From Prochlorococcus sp. AG-355-I20 (GTDB lineage Bacteria > Cyanobacteriota > Cyanobacteriia > PCC-6307 > Cyanobiaceae), in NCBI GenBank assembly GCA_003280895.1, contig QCDM01000005.1, positions 1,296 to 65,295 on the forward strand: 64,000 bases of DNA, read 5' to 3'. The notes beneath the pieces are model-generated. The model was not told where the DNA came from. It saw only the letters and a list, made by a program, of their open reading frames with translations, and ran no database searches. This document shows positions 63,381 to 64,000 of the stretch, piece by piece (the first letter of the stretch is position 1; every line of letters starts with the position of its first letter). A program made the translations under genes and the position numbers.

Positions 63381-64000
63381 ATGGAACCAAGTGTTTACGG
63401 TTTAGTTGTTCTTATAATAATTATTTTAATTGGGTCAGCATGTTGTTCGGGAGTAGAAGCTGCTTTTTTAGCAGTAAATTCAATTCGAATTCTAGAGATA
63501 GCCTCTAAGCAAAAACCAAAAAGTTCAGCAAATCAACTACTTAAACTTAGAAAACATCTTGGAAGGACATTAACTGTAATTACTATTACTAATAATGGAT
63601 TTAACATAATTGGAAGCCTTATTTTAGGTGTATATGGGGCATTGGTAATTAATAGTAGTTATGGCTTAACCCTTTTTTCAATTGCTTTTTATATACTAGT
63701 TGTCCTAGTAGGAGAAGTACTTCCTAAGGCTCTTGGTACAAAATTCTCAGTCCAAATAGCATTATTATCAGTCCCTATCTTGAGAATATTGCATACTTTA
63801 ATGAGGCCATTCTTAATTTTAATAGAACAAATATTTCCTGTAATTACTGCAGAAAATGAAATTTCAACTGATGAAGAAGAAATTAGACAAATGGCAAAAA
63901 TTGGAAGCCAAAAAGGTTTGATAGAAGCTGATGAGGCAGCAATGATATTTAAGGTTTTTCAATTAAATGATTTAAAAGCTAAAGATTTAATGATCCCTAG
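63381..64000 (+). CDS. CNNM/DUF21-CBS membrane protein, 3'-truncated by window edge
   Basis: 'SACCSGVEAAF', 'GEVLPK', 'DLMIP'. Confidence 0.85.
   Translation, partial: MEPSVYGLVVLIIIILIGSACCSGVEAAFLAVNSIRILEIASKQKPKSSANQLLKLRKHLGRTLTVITITNNGFNIIGSLILGVYGALVINSSYGLTLFSIAFYILVVLVGEVLPKALGTKFSVQIALLSVPILRILHTLMRPFLILIEQIFPVITAENEISTDEEEIRQMAKIGSQKGLIEADEAAMIFKVFQLNDLKAKDLMIP

Overview
AT-rich picocyanobacterial chromosome segment, most consistent with high-light Prochlorococcus. It runs from a murD-containing region through a large flexible island (about 11.6-51.1 kb) into conserved core genes (EVE, rpoZ, Hsp70-like, pyrR pseudogene, gpmI, secG, groEL/ES, atpD/atpC, PSRP-3, pepP). The island holds hli genes, two fatty-acid desaturases, many unannotated microproteins, a glutamine-II (Downstream-peptide) riboswitch and several candidate sRNAs. 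It also holds two organic-nitrogen modules. The first is a guanidine hydrolase (GdmH) operon with HypA/HypB, an ABC importer and an extra Rieske oxygenase. The second is a complete Nit1C nitrilase/radical-SAM cluster. Most striking: the 6.5-kb Nit1C cluster is flanked by a 21-bp direct repeat equal to codons 6-12 of the EVE-domain gene, so it appears to have integrated site-specifically into the 5' end of that gene and supplied a replacement start. Tandem 11-bp repeats resembling integrase arm sites lie upstream of both EVE starts. No tRNA, rRNA, CRISPR array or intact integrase was seen. All family calls come from motif recognition by eye, not from database searches.
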